Positions 36,624-44,895 of a stretch of 64,000 nt of DNA are shown here, one piece after another (within the stretch, counting starts at the first letter, position 1; each line of letters opens with the position of its first letter). Location: NCBI GenBank assembly GCA_013287965.1, contig JABDCU010000006.1, forward strand, positions 2,216-66,215, given 5' to 3'. Under the pieces are notes generated by a model that did not search any database, had not been told where the DNA came from, and saw only the letters and a list, made by a program, of their open reading frames with translations. Source of the DNA: Candidatus Omnitrophota bacterium (GTDB lineage: Bacteria; Omnitrophota; Gorgyraeia; Zapsychrales; Fredricksoniimonadaceae). A program made the translations under genes and the position numbers.

Positions 36624-37654
36624 AGAAAATAGGAATAATGACAGGCGGGGCAGATTGTCCGGGACTTAACTCGGTCATTCGCGCGGTGGTGCGCAAAGGC
36701 ATGCAGGAAGGTTACGTTGTTACCGGCATCAAGAACGGGTGGCTAGGCCTCATCGAAAATGATATGCGCGTCCTGGACATCAAGTCTACGACGGGAATTT
36801 TGGATAAGGGTGGTACTATTTTAGGTACCAGCCGTGTCAATCCGTTGAATGACGAAGAGCAGGTCAAGAAGATCAAGGATAATTATGCCCGCAGCGGCAT
36901 GGACGCGCTGATCGTTGTCGGTGGTGAAGAAACGATCAAAATAGCCTTGAGCCTGCATAAAGCAGGCGTCATCAGGGCTGTTGCTGTGCCCAAGTCCATT
37001 GATAATGCCTTGTCAGGGACAGATTACGCCTTTGGTTTTGATACGGCGGTGAATATAGCCACTGAATGCATTGACCGCCTGCATACAACTGCTGAATCGC
37101 ACCATCGCATCATGGTTGTTGAGGTCATGGGCCTATATACCGGATGGCTGGCCGTGCAATCGGGGATAGCCGGCGGGGCTGATATCATTTTGATCCCTGA
37201 AATTCCGGTGAATTTGGAAGAAGTTTATGAACTTTTGCGTGAGAGGCATAAGCGCGGCAAGCCTTTTAGCATCATTGTCGTTTCTGAAGGCACCAAGATC
37301 GACGGGTACATGACGCACTCCAGCGAGACCCCGTCTTTGATGGAGAAGCGCCGTTTTGGTTCGGTGGGCGAATTCTTGGCCAAGGTCATTGAAGACAATA
37401 CCAGTTATGAAACTAGGGTCAGCGTTCTTGGTTATATTTTACGCGGAGGTTCTCCGACGGCATTTGACCGGGTCCTTGGCACGCGCCTGGGAGTCAAGGC
37501 CGTGGAGCTTGTCAAGGAACATAAATTCGGTAAAATGGCTTCTTTAAGGGAAAACAAGATCCGTTTTGTGGACATGGAAGAAGCCGTGTCCCATCGCAAA
37601 CTGGTAAATATGGATTTGGTTGAGATCGCTAACGTATTTTCGACCAAGCATTGA
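36620..37654 (+). CDS. pfk: 6-phosphofructokinase (residue signature suggests PPi-dependent type)
   Basis: GGADCPGLN and VVGGEET (acidic residue where ATP-PFKs have GGDG). PKSIDN has Lys where ATP-PFKs have Gly. Confidence 0.8.
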   Translation: MKKIGIMTGGADCPGLNSVIRAVVRKGMQEGYVVTGIKNGWLGLIENDMRVLDIKSTTGILDKGGTILGTSRVNPLNDEEQVKKIKDNYARSGMDALIVVGGEETIKIALSLHKAGVIRAVAVPKSIDNALSGTDYAFGFDTAVNIATECIDRLHTTAESHHRIMVVEVMGLYTGWLAVQSGIAGGADIILIPEIPVNLEEVYELLRERHKRGKPFSIIVVSEGTKIDGYMTHSSETPSLMEKRRFGSVGEFLAKVIEDNTSYETRVSVLGYILRGGSPTAFDRVLGTRLGVKAVELVKEHKFGKMASLRENKIRFVDMEEAVSHRKLVNMDLVEIANVFSTKH

Positions 37655-37655
37655 T

Positions 37656-38222
37656 ATGAGAAAAACAGTAGAGCAGATCTTCGCGGAATCAATAGAAGTC
37701 AAACAGGAAACTTTAAAAAAGAATCTGCCCCAGATAATCAGAGCGGCTGAGGCGATCATTAGCGCGTTTAAGAGCGGCCATAAAATATTCTTTTGCGGTA
37801 ACGGCGGCTCAGCCGCGGACAGCCAGCATATCGCCGCGGAGTTTGTCGGGCGCTTCCAGAAGGAACGCAAGGCCTGGCCGGCCATTGCCTTGACCACTGA
37901 TACGTCGGCCCTGACAGCCCTGGGTAATGATTATACTTTTGATATTGTTTTCTCCCGGCAATTGCAGGCTTTGGGGCAAAAGGGGGATGTCCTGATCGCC
38001 ATCACCACCAGCGGCAATTCCAAAAATGTCCTGGAAGCTGTTAAACAGGCCAAGGCTATGGGGATTGTTACCGTTGGCGTGACCGGAGGCAAAGGTGGTC
38101 AATTAGCCGGCCAGTGTGATATCACTATTATCGCCGCATCCTCCAAAACCGCCCGCATCCAGGAATCCCATCTGGTTATTTTCCATTCCATCTGCGAATT
38201 AGTTGAAAACGCCCTTACGTAA
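37656..38222 (+). CDS. gmhA: D-sedoheptulose-7-phosphate isomerase (SIS domain)
   Basis: FFCGNGGSAADSQHIAAEF and ITTSGNSKNV. Confidence 0.85.
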   Translation: MRKTVEQIFAESIEVKQETLKKNLPQIIRAAEAIISAFKSGHKIFFCGNGGSAADSQHIAAEFVGRFQKERKAWPAIALTTDTSALTALGNDYTFDIVFSRQLQALGQKGDVLIAITTSGNSKNVLEAVKQAKAMGIVTVGVTGGKGGQLAGQCDITIIAASSKTARIQESHLVIFHSICELVENALT

Positions 38223-38260
38223 GATAGCAGCTTCCCACCCTTGTTTTTTATCTAAATATA

Positions 38261-41200
38261 TTGCATACTTTATATAGTATGGAGAGGACCCCAAGATTCC
38301 CTGTTTCTTGCTTTTCAAAGCGGCTTTATAGGTCGTGGGGTTTTTTTGTCGTTTTAACCGCCTTTTTGGCTAATTCCTTTGGGCCTCTGCCTTTGGCTCA
38401 AGCTCAAGAGTTTCGTCTGCCTGCGCCCGGAGTAATGGTCCGTTTAAGCCCTGAATTCAATCCGCCAATATTAAAAGGCCTCAAAGTCCATCCTAACAAT
38501 CCTTTCCGTTTCGATTTCATTTTGGACAAAGGTGATTCATCGGTTCCTCTTAAGCCCGAAGCCACCAAACTGATCAAATATTTCCTCTCCAGCTTAACCA
38601 TCCCTGAAAAAGATTTATGGGTTAATCTTTCGCCATATGAGAAAAATAGGATCATCCCCCAAAGTTTCGGTTTAACCGAAATGGGCAGGGACCTTTTGGC
38701 TGAAGACTATATGCTCAAGCAGATCACTGCAAGTTTAATTTATCCTGAGGATGAGATAGGTAAGAAATTCTGGAAACGCATTTATGAAGAAGCCGCGAAG
38801 AAATTTGGTACAACCAACATCCCGGTCAATACGTTCAATAAGGTCTGGATAGTGCCTGAAAAAGCCGTTGTCTACGAAAACTCCAAGGCCGGCACAGCTT
38901 ATGTGGTGGAAGCAAAACTTAAGGTCATGCTTGAGGAAGATTATTTGTCTCTTTCCCATCATGTCATTCCTGCGAAAGGTCGTATTGACCGACACTCGCA
39001 GTTGCTCGCGGGAATCCAGAACACGAGCGCCCTTGGCTCTCAAATCGTCCGCGAGATAGTCATCCCCGAACTGACCAAAGAGATCAACCAAAACAAAAAC
39101 TTCGCCCAGCTCCGCCAGGTCTATAATTCGCTTATTTTAGCCACCTGGTACAAAAAGAAGATCAAAGACAGTATTCTGGCTCAAGTGTATGAAGACAAAA
39201 AGAAAGTAGCAGGTGTAGGATACAAGAATTCCATCAACATTGAAGCCATCTACCAGCGCTACCTCCAAGCCTTCAAAAAAGGCGCCTATAACTATATCAA
39301 AGAAGAACAAGACCCGTTGACCCAGCAAGTCATTCCCAGGAAATATTTTTCAGGAGGGGCTGCTTTTAATAATAAAGCTATGTTAGTAGCGATGAAATTT
39401 ACCACCCAGATGCCAAAGAGTCAGACAGGATTACAGGAAATTGATATCAATTTGGCAATGGCACACCAGGAAGGATTTATCAGGACCCGCCATGATCATC
39501 CATCGTGGGAAAATCAGGCCCAGCAATTCCATGATCTTTATGGGGAAAGCCACGCCAAGGAAGCCTATCTTCTATATGGGACCAACTATGATATTAGGCA
39601 AGGCGATGTACGGATTCTTGCTTCTATACTTAATGCCCATCATATATTTCCTAAACCCGGCGGGACCCTGGTTGTTGCCGGGTTTGGAAGTCGTCTTAGC
39701 GAGTTGCCAATGCTTCAGAAACTTTTCCAAGCCAGCCGGGTGCTCGGAGTGGATTGGATGCAGTCCGTTATTGATCGGGCGGATATTTATCTTAGGCAAC
39801 AGGACGTCTCTCCTGACGTTTTCGGTCTTTACCACGAAGATGTAAGAGATATGCATTCATTCATTAAGGATGATTCCGTTGATGTTTTTTTTGCACAATT
39901 GATCACAGAACATGACTATTCACGTGAATCTGAAAAACTTAATGAGATCCTGCGCATACTCAAGCCTGGAGGCGTTGCTTTTCTTGGTGGATGCGGGGCT
40001 GATTTTGCTAAAGATATTCCTCCCGGTTTAGAGGTGAAAGTCATCAATTCAGGAAGAAGTATTATCTTGTATAAAGCAGGGAAAAGAGGAGCAGAAAGTC
40101 AGGCAATGTCGGCCCCGGTCCCTGCCCAAAATAAGGTGGCGAAATCACCGCAAGCCCGCAAGGCGCAGGCCAAGCCTGGTGATAAGGCGATGGTTGAATT
40201 AATTGATAAGCGTTTAAAAAGGGCTGCCGAAGCAGAACAAGTAGCCGTGCTGAATTATCATCCTGACATTCCCGGAACGCGGGAAGCCCTTATAGCAATG
40301 TTAGGGTTTTTAGGGCAATCTTATTATGAAGTGACAAAGGAGAATTTAGCCACAACGCTTAAGAGAGGTGATGGCAGGTGGTTGAATGTTGTTGTTGCTC
40401 CTGATGATTTGCCGTTTGCAAGTGATGAACAAAGGGAAGCTTTTTTGAACCTGATCCACGTACAAGCCGGGAAAGAGGTCAGTTTGGAAACCATTGGTGA
40501 TGTGTCCAGGTATCAAGATAAAGATTTGACTGTATTTTCTAGAAAGCTTAGGGATAATTTGACTGATTTATATAGTATTGAGGGGTTTAGGTTCATGGTG
40601 CGGAAATTAATTCAAAAAAGAGGAGATAAACGTGATGACGCACATCTAAAATTGGCGGTTTTTGATATAGATCATTTAGGATCAATTAATTCGATTTGGG
40701 GCCATGATCAGGGTAACAAAGTCGTAGTAGGTACGTCCGGGGTTTTCGAGTCTGTCGTTAGGCCTGATGAAATTATTGCCCATTTACACGGTGGTGATGA
40801 ATTTGCCATATTAACGGAAGGGTCAGAAGATCGTCCTCAACAGATCCTCAAGGCAATCAGGGAAAAGATGCATCAGTTTCTTCCTTATACCAGGGAAAAA
40901 GTGATTGAACAGCTCAAGTCAAAGAGGCTTGAAAATGATAAAGATGATGCTTATGATGGAATGATATATCAGTTGGCTTTACAGAATCCCCAAAAGGGTA
41001 AGAACCCTGCTGTTATTGAGAGTGTCTTAAAACGAAAGTTTAAGAGTTTAAAACAAATTGTCGTAGAACTGGAGCAACCGGAATCGCCATATAAATTTGA
41101 AGGACCGCGCCTCACATATAGTATGGGTGTTGTTGATTTTGACGAAAACGAAACAACAAAACTTCCCAGAGATCGTGTTGGGATTAGAAAACTAGTCGAC

Positions 41201-43360
41201 AGTCTTTATGCACAGGCTGACGAGCATTTGCTAGTTGCCAAAAGCAAGGGGAGGGATCGGGTTTGGGAAGAACCTTATAGAGATTCAGCCATGGTGATGA
41301 ATTCATCGCAAGCCAGCGACAGGGCCATGGCCCAAGAGCATGAAGCGACGGCCCAGGAGCTTGGATGGTTTTTTATGAACCATGATCTTTTTCTCACATT
41401 TCCGGTTTTTTCTAACCACGCCAAGACCAATAAGGTCAAACGAGGAATATATTTGCCCCATGATGAAGTCAAGAAATTACTGGGGATCGTTAAAAAATCC
41501 AGCCTTTCAAAATATGAGGGTTCGGGCACAGTTTTGGATGCCAATAATCGAAACATTTGGGAAGAAATCTCCGTCCCAGCAAATAAAGAAGAGGGTATTG
41601 CCCCTTCAGCAGATGAAATAGAAGTGCGCTTAAAACCTGATATTATTATCACAGAAAGTGATTTTCGGGGCATGGTAAAAAATGGCGGTGACTTTGACCA
41701 TATTGCGGCCATTGTCAAACAGGTACAGGATAGAAAATTGAAAGCAGTTACGAGGGGGCCGGGGATGGTAGATTTTTTTTGGAAGCCGGGGCAGGAGTAT
41801 AAATGGACAATGATCACAAAAGAACCGGTCGACCAGGTGTCCGTTGTCCCATCAGGAGAATATGATCAGATCAATTTTGAGGATTTTGTAACAGTAGGAG
41901 ACAAGAAAAATTATAAAATTTGGGTTGAAGGGGGATCAGTAATGTTCCAGGTTTATAATAAAGATGGCAGTGTTCCCCTAAAAAATATCGTAAAGGCGAA
42001 GGTAATGAAGCTAAAATCAGCTGAAGGGACCTTTTTTGATATCAACGATAAAGAGAGCGTCTGGGAACAGGGCGATTCCCCGGAAGAGATGCATTTAAAG
42101 CCCCATTTTTTTATAGATGCGAAATTGAAAGATGAGAGTAGGAAATTGGCAAGGATGCCGGGAAAAGAGCATTATGATAGTTTGGAAGACGCTGCCCGGA
42201 AAATCTTAAAAGGCAATGATGTAATAGAATTTTTGAAGATCTTGAAAGAAGCCCAAGAAGAGATGGAAGTAAAAAGACTTCCCTGGCAGGGGTTTTATGT
42301 TGAAGAAAAAGCCTTCAGGTTCCATGTTCAGGAAAGGGAGAAGGGTAAATATACGTTATATTTTCGAAGCCTTAAAGCATCTCCCACTTTACGGTGGAAA
42401 GCTGTTCCGGTTGATCCGTTGATCTTGGGGGCCTTTCAGAATGCGGGGGATAAAAAGAAATCGTTTGGATTTGTTGATACAATAAAAGGATTGGCTGTGT
42501 TGATGGCGGGGGACGCTCCTGGACTAAGGGATGGGTTTCAGGTGTTGACGGAAGAGCTTTCTAACAAGGAGGCGCGGGAAATAGCCAATGATACACAGGA
42601 AGGGCTCAGGTTTTTCTTGCAAAAGTCAGTCATTAAGGCATGGGGCGCCATTATAGAACATACCATGAATAGAAATTATGTTTATGATTCTGCTAAACAC
42701 CATCCGGATATTATGGCGGCTGCCTATGGGAAAGATGAGAAAGGCCATCCCATTATCATTGTAGTCTATACGGGCGCAGGGAATCTGTATGAGCTCAGGC
42801 ACAAAACACACTCACATTCTGAGGTCCTCACGCTTTTGAACATTCAGGAAAATCGTTTAGGTATAAAAGTGTCATTAGTAAAAGATTTGAGGGAAGGAGA
42901 TTCTGTAATTATGATGTCCGGCAGGGGCGAACTCGAAGAAGGTGTTGCTTTTCATGATGATGACGATGACACCCCGGAAGGAATTGCCCAGACGTATCTG
43001 CCCAGCGATATAAGGCAAATTAAGAAAAATCCTGGCATACTGGTTTTTCGTATTGTCAATGCCGCTATGTCTTCCGCAAATATTTTAGCCGGCAGGAATA
43101 TTAAAACAAGGCCAAGTGCCCGGGTGGGTTTAAAAGGTCAAGTAAGGAGACAGTTGAAAAACGGCGGTATTGATCTGACCCCTGCGCGTATGGATTTACA
43201 GACTAAAGTAGTGGATTCCCGCTTTCGCGGGAATGACAAAGGGATTCAGTTTCACCTTGACCCTGCCATGCTGGCCCAACTGCAAAACGCCCCTGGCTTT
43301 GTGCCGGTGATCATCAATATCCAGCCATTAAATGATTTGAAAGCATTCTTGGCTGGCTAA
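38261..43360 (+). CDS. Giant exported multidomain protein (1,699 aa): signal peptide, conserved N-module, methyltransferase-like region, GGDEF domain, ~600 aa unassigned, conserved C-module
   Basis: Single ORF; likely start is ATG 38279 (MERTPRFPVSCFSKRLYRSWGFFVVLTAFLANSFGPLPLAQA/QE, a Sec-type signal). N- and C-modules are paralogous to ORF 1-7436. Confidence 0.9.
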   Translation: MHTLYSMERTPRFPVSCFSKRLYRSWGFFVVLTAFLANSFGPLPLAQAQEFRLPAPGVMVRLSPEFNPPILKGLKVHPNNPFRFDFILDKGDSSVPLKPEATKLIKYFLSSLTIPEKDLWVNLSPYEKNRIIPQSFGLTEMGRDLLAEDYMLKQITASLIYPEDEIGKKFWKRIYEEAAKKFGTTNIPVNTFNKVWIVPEKAVVYENSKAGTAYVVEAKLKVMLEEDYLSLSHHVIPAKGRIDRHSQLLAGIQNTSALGSQIVREIVIPELTKEINQNKNFAQLRQVYNSLILATWYKKKIKDSILAQVYEDKKKVAGVGYKNSINIEAIYQRYLQAFKKGAYNYIKEEQDPLTQQVIPRKYFSGGAAFNNKAMLVAMKFTTQMPKSQTGLQEIDINLAMAHQEGFIRTRHDHPSWENQAQQFHDLYGESHAKEAYLLYGTNYDIRQGDVRILASILNAHHIFPKPGGTLVVAGFGSRLSELPMLQKLFQASRVLGVDWMQSVIDRADIYLRQQDVSPDVFGLYHEDVRDMHSFIKDDSVDVFFAQLITEHDYSRESEKLNEILRILKPGGVAFLGGCGADFAKDIPPGLEVKVINSGRSIILYKAGKRGAESQAMSAPVPAQNKVAKSPQARKAQAKPGDKAMVELIDKRLKRAAEAEQVAVLNYHPDIPGTREALIAMLGFLGQSYYEVTKENLATTLKRGDGRWLNVVVAPDDLPFASDEQREAFLNLIHVQAGKEVSLETIGDVSRYQDKDLTVFSRKLRDNLTDLYSIEGFRFMVRKLIQKRGDKRDDAHLKLAVFDIDHLGSINSIWGHDQGNKVVVGTSGVFESVVRPDEIIAHLHGGDEFAILTEGSEDRPQQILKAIREKMHQFLPYTREKVIEQLKSKRLENDKDDAYDGMIYQLALQNPQKGKNPAVIESVLKRKFKSLKQIVVELEQPESPYKFEGPRLTYSMGVVDFDENETTKLPRDRVGIRKLVDSLYAQADEHLLVAKSKGRDRVWEEPYRDSAMVMNSSQASDRAMAQEHEATAQELGWFFMNHDLFLTFPVFSNHAKTNKVKRGIYLPHDEVKKLLGIVKKSSLSKYEGSGTVLDANNRNIWEEISVPANKEEGIAPSADEIEVRLKPDIIITESDFRGMVKNGGDFDHIAAIVKQVQDRKLKAVTRGPGMVDFFWKPGQEYKWTMITKEPVDQVSVVPSGEYDQINFEDFVTVGDKKNYKIWVEGGSVMFQVYNKDGSVPLKNIVKAKVMKLKSAEGTFFDINDKESVWEQGDSPEEMHLKPHFFIDAKLKDESRKLARMPGKEHYDSLEDAARKILKGNDVIEFLKILKEAQEEMEVKRLPWQGFYVEEKAFRFHVQEREKGKYTLYFRSLKASPTLRWKAVPVDPLILGAFQNAGDKKKSFGFVDTIKGLAVLMAGDAPGLRDGFQVLTEELSNKEAREIANDTQEGLRFFLQKSVIKAWGAIIEHTMNRNYVYDSAKHHPDIMAAAYGKDEKGHPIIIVVYTGAGNLYELRHKTHSHSEVLTLLNIQENRLGIKVSLVKDLREGDSVIMMSGRGELEEGVAFHDDDDDTPEGIAQTYLPSDIRQIKKNPGILVFRIVNAAMSSANILAGRNIKTRPSARVGLKGQVRRQLKNGGIDLTPARMDLQTKVVDSRFRGNDKGIQFHLDPAMLAQLQNAPGFVPVIINIQPLNDLKAFLAG
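38963..39019 (+). repeat. Expanded (57-nt) in-frame version of the hairpin element, translated VIPAKGRIDRHSQLLAGIQ
   Basis: Arms gtcATTCCTGCgaaa...GCGGGAATccag match the 27-nt element. 30 extra nt (ggtcgtattgaccgacactcgcagttgctc) sit at the loop. It occupies the same site as copy A (240-266) in the paralog. Confidence 0.8.
39644..40015 (+). other. Class I SAM-dependent methyltransferase-like region
   Basis: GGTLVVAGFGSRLSE (divergent motif I), VLGVDWMQSVIDRA, DVFFAQLITEH, LRILKPGGVAFLGG. Confidence 0.45.
40568..41269 (+). other. GGDEF (diguanylate cyclase-type) domain
   Basis: LAVFDIDHLGSINSIWGHDQGNKVV, HGGDEFAIL (GGDEF at 40790-40804), TYSMGVVDF, ADEHLLVAKSKGRDRV. Confidence 0.75.
43211..43237 (-). 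repeat. In-frame hairpin element, opposite orientation, translated VDSRFRGND
   Basis: gtgGATTCCCGCtttcGCGGGAATgac is the exact reverse complement of 474-500 and occupies the same site in the C-module as 7266-7292. Confidence 0.9.
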
Positions 43361-43406
43361 AGTCCTTCCTTTTTTAGCATTCCTGTGTTAAAATTCATCC
43401 TTCCTT

Positions 43407-43886
43407 ATGGCGATTGCAAATAAAATCCTTAGTTTACCCGCCTTACTCAAGAAGTTACCGGCTTTGCGCCGGCAAGGCAAGACCATTGCTTTCACCAACG
43501 GCTGCTTTGACCTGATGCATATCGGCCATGTGAAGTATTTGGAAGAAGCCGGCCATGGCAACCGCGTTTTAATTGTCGGTCTTAACAGCGACGTATCCAC
43601 TCATCGCATCAAAGGTTCCAACCGCCCCATCATTGGACAAAAATCCCGTGCCGCAGTCCTGGCAGCTCTTGAAAGTGTAGATTTTGTCGTTATCTTTAAC
43701 GAAACTACTCCTTATAAGATCATCTCTGTTATAAAACCTGATATTTTGATCAAGGGCGCTGATTATAAGGGCAAACAGGTCATTGGTGAAGATTTGGTTA
43801 AGAAGGTGGAGCTTGTAAAGTATGTCAAAGGTTTCTCTACCTCTAACATAATTGAGAAGATCATTAAAAGTGAAAAAAAGTCCTGA
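43407..43886 (+). CDS. hldC: D-glycero-beta-D-manno-heptose-1-phosphate adenylyltransferase (RfaE domain II type)
   Basis: GKTIAFTNGCFDLMHIGHVKYLEEA cytidylyltransferase-fold motif; ~159 aa. Confidence 0.8.
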   Translation: MAIANKILSLPALLKKLPALRRQGKTIAFTNGCFDLMHIGHVKYLEEAGHGNRVLIVGLNSDVSTHRIKGSNRPIIGQKSRAAVLAALESVDFVVIFNETTPYKIISVIKPDILIKGADYKGKQVIGEDLVKKVELVKYVKGFSTSNIIEKIIKSEKKS

Positions 43887-44286
43887 CAAAACCCTTTACC
43901 GGATCCTGGATGCTAATTTTAACCGTGCTAAGGAAGGGTTAAGAGTTTGTGAAGATTTGTGTCGATATGTTTGGGACCAAAGGACTTTGACCCGTGCTTT
44001 CAAAGACCTTCGCCATGATTTGACTGAGGTTGTTGGCAAACTAGATATTCAAAAAGCCCTTGAATCCCGCCACATCCAAGGCGATGTGGGCCGTGCTACT
44101 TCTGCCAGTGAATCTAAAAGAAAGAATGTCAACGCGGTGTTTGGGGCCAATAGCCAGCGGGTCAAAGAGTCCTTGCGGGTACTGGAAGAAGTCACTAAAT
44201 TGATCGACGCTGGGGTATCAATTAAACTTAAAGCATTGCGGTATAAGGTGTATGCGCTCGAACAAAAAGCTATTGGCCAGTGCTAA
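43852..44286 (+). CDS. Conserved protein resembling the N-terminal extension found fused to some thiamine-phosphate synthases
   Basis: LYRILDANFNRAKEGLRVCEDLCRYV pattern, directly upstream of and overlapping thiE. Start uncertain (43852 or GTG 43870). Confidence 0.4.
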   Translation: MRRSLKVKKSPDKTLYRILDANFNRAKEGLRVCEDLCRYVWDQRTLTRAFKDLRHDLTEVVGKLDIQKALESRHIQGDVGRATSASESKRKNVNAVFGANSQRVKESLRVLEEVTKLIDAGVSIKLKALRYKVYALEQKAIGQC

Positions 44287-44890
44287 ATTGTATTTGATCC
44301 TGGATACCCAGGTCTTGGATTACGGCGCTCTTCTGCAAGTGTTAAAAGATTCTGTACGTGGCGGCGTTGATATAGTACAATTACGGGACAAAAAAGGCAG
44401 CGCCAAAGAAATTTTAGATTTTTGCGCTAAAGTTTTTAAAATAACGAAGCACCAGATACTGTTCATTGTCAATGACCGCGCTGACTTAGGCTTTTTATCA
44501 GGGGCCGATGGCTTGCATGTAGGCCAAGAAGATATTGATTGCTTGGCTGCCCGGAAAATGATGGGCCAGGGGAAGATTATTGGCGTTTCATGTCAAAATT
44601 TAGCCCAGGCGCTCAAGGCCCAGGCCCAGGGCGCTGATTACATCGGTTTTGGTTCGGTATTTCAGACCCAAACTAAGCCAGGGCGTCAGGCCATGGATTT
44701 AGATCTTTTACAAAAGGTGATCAAACAAATAAAGATACCTGTTTTTCCTATTGGCGGTATTAGCCGGAAGAATATCGGGCAATTAATTCCATTGGAAGTC
44801 ACAAGAGTAGCTGTTTGTAGGGACATTTTATTAGCGGAAGATGTGATAAAAGCGACTAAGGAATTAAGGATTGCGGCGGGTGGCACGTAA
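44252..44890 (+). CDS. thiE: Thiamine-phosphate synthase
   Basis: LYLILD, VQLRDK, HVGQED, GAD.Y.GFG.VF.T.TK, PV.AIGGI. Confidence 0.8.
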   Translation: MRSNKKLLASAKLYLILDTQVLDYGALLQVLKDSVRGGVDIVQLRDKKGSAKEILDFCAKVFKITKHQILFIVNDRADLGFLSGADGLHVGQEDIDCLAARKMMGQGKIIGVSCQNLAQALKAQAQGADYIGFGSVFQTQTKPGRQAMDLDLLQKVIKQIKIPVFPIGGISRKNIGQLIPLEVTRVAVCRDILLAEDVIKATKELRIAAGGT

Positions 44891-44895
44891 TTCGC

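Noticed and set aside
38238-38252. Possible target-site duplication flanking the giant gene (cccttgttttttatc at 38238-38252 versus ccttccttttttagc at 43364-43378).
   Set aside because: The similarity is only a loose T-rich match with several mismatches and an indel. It is not convincing as a direct repeat.
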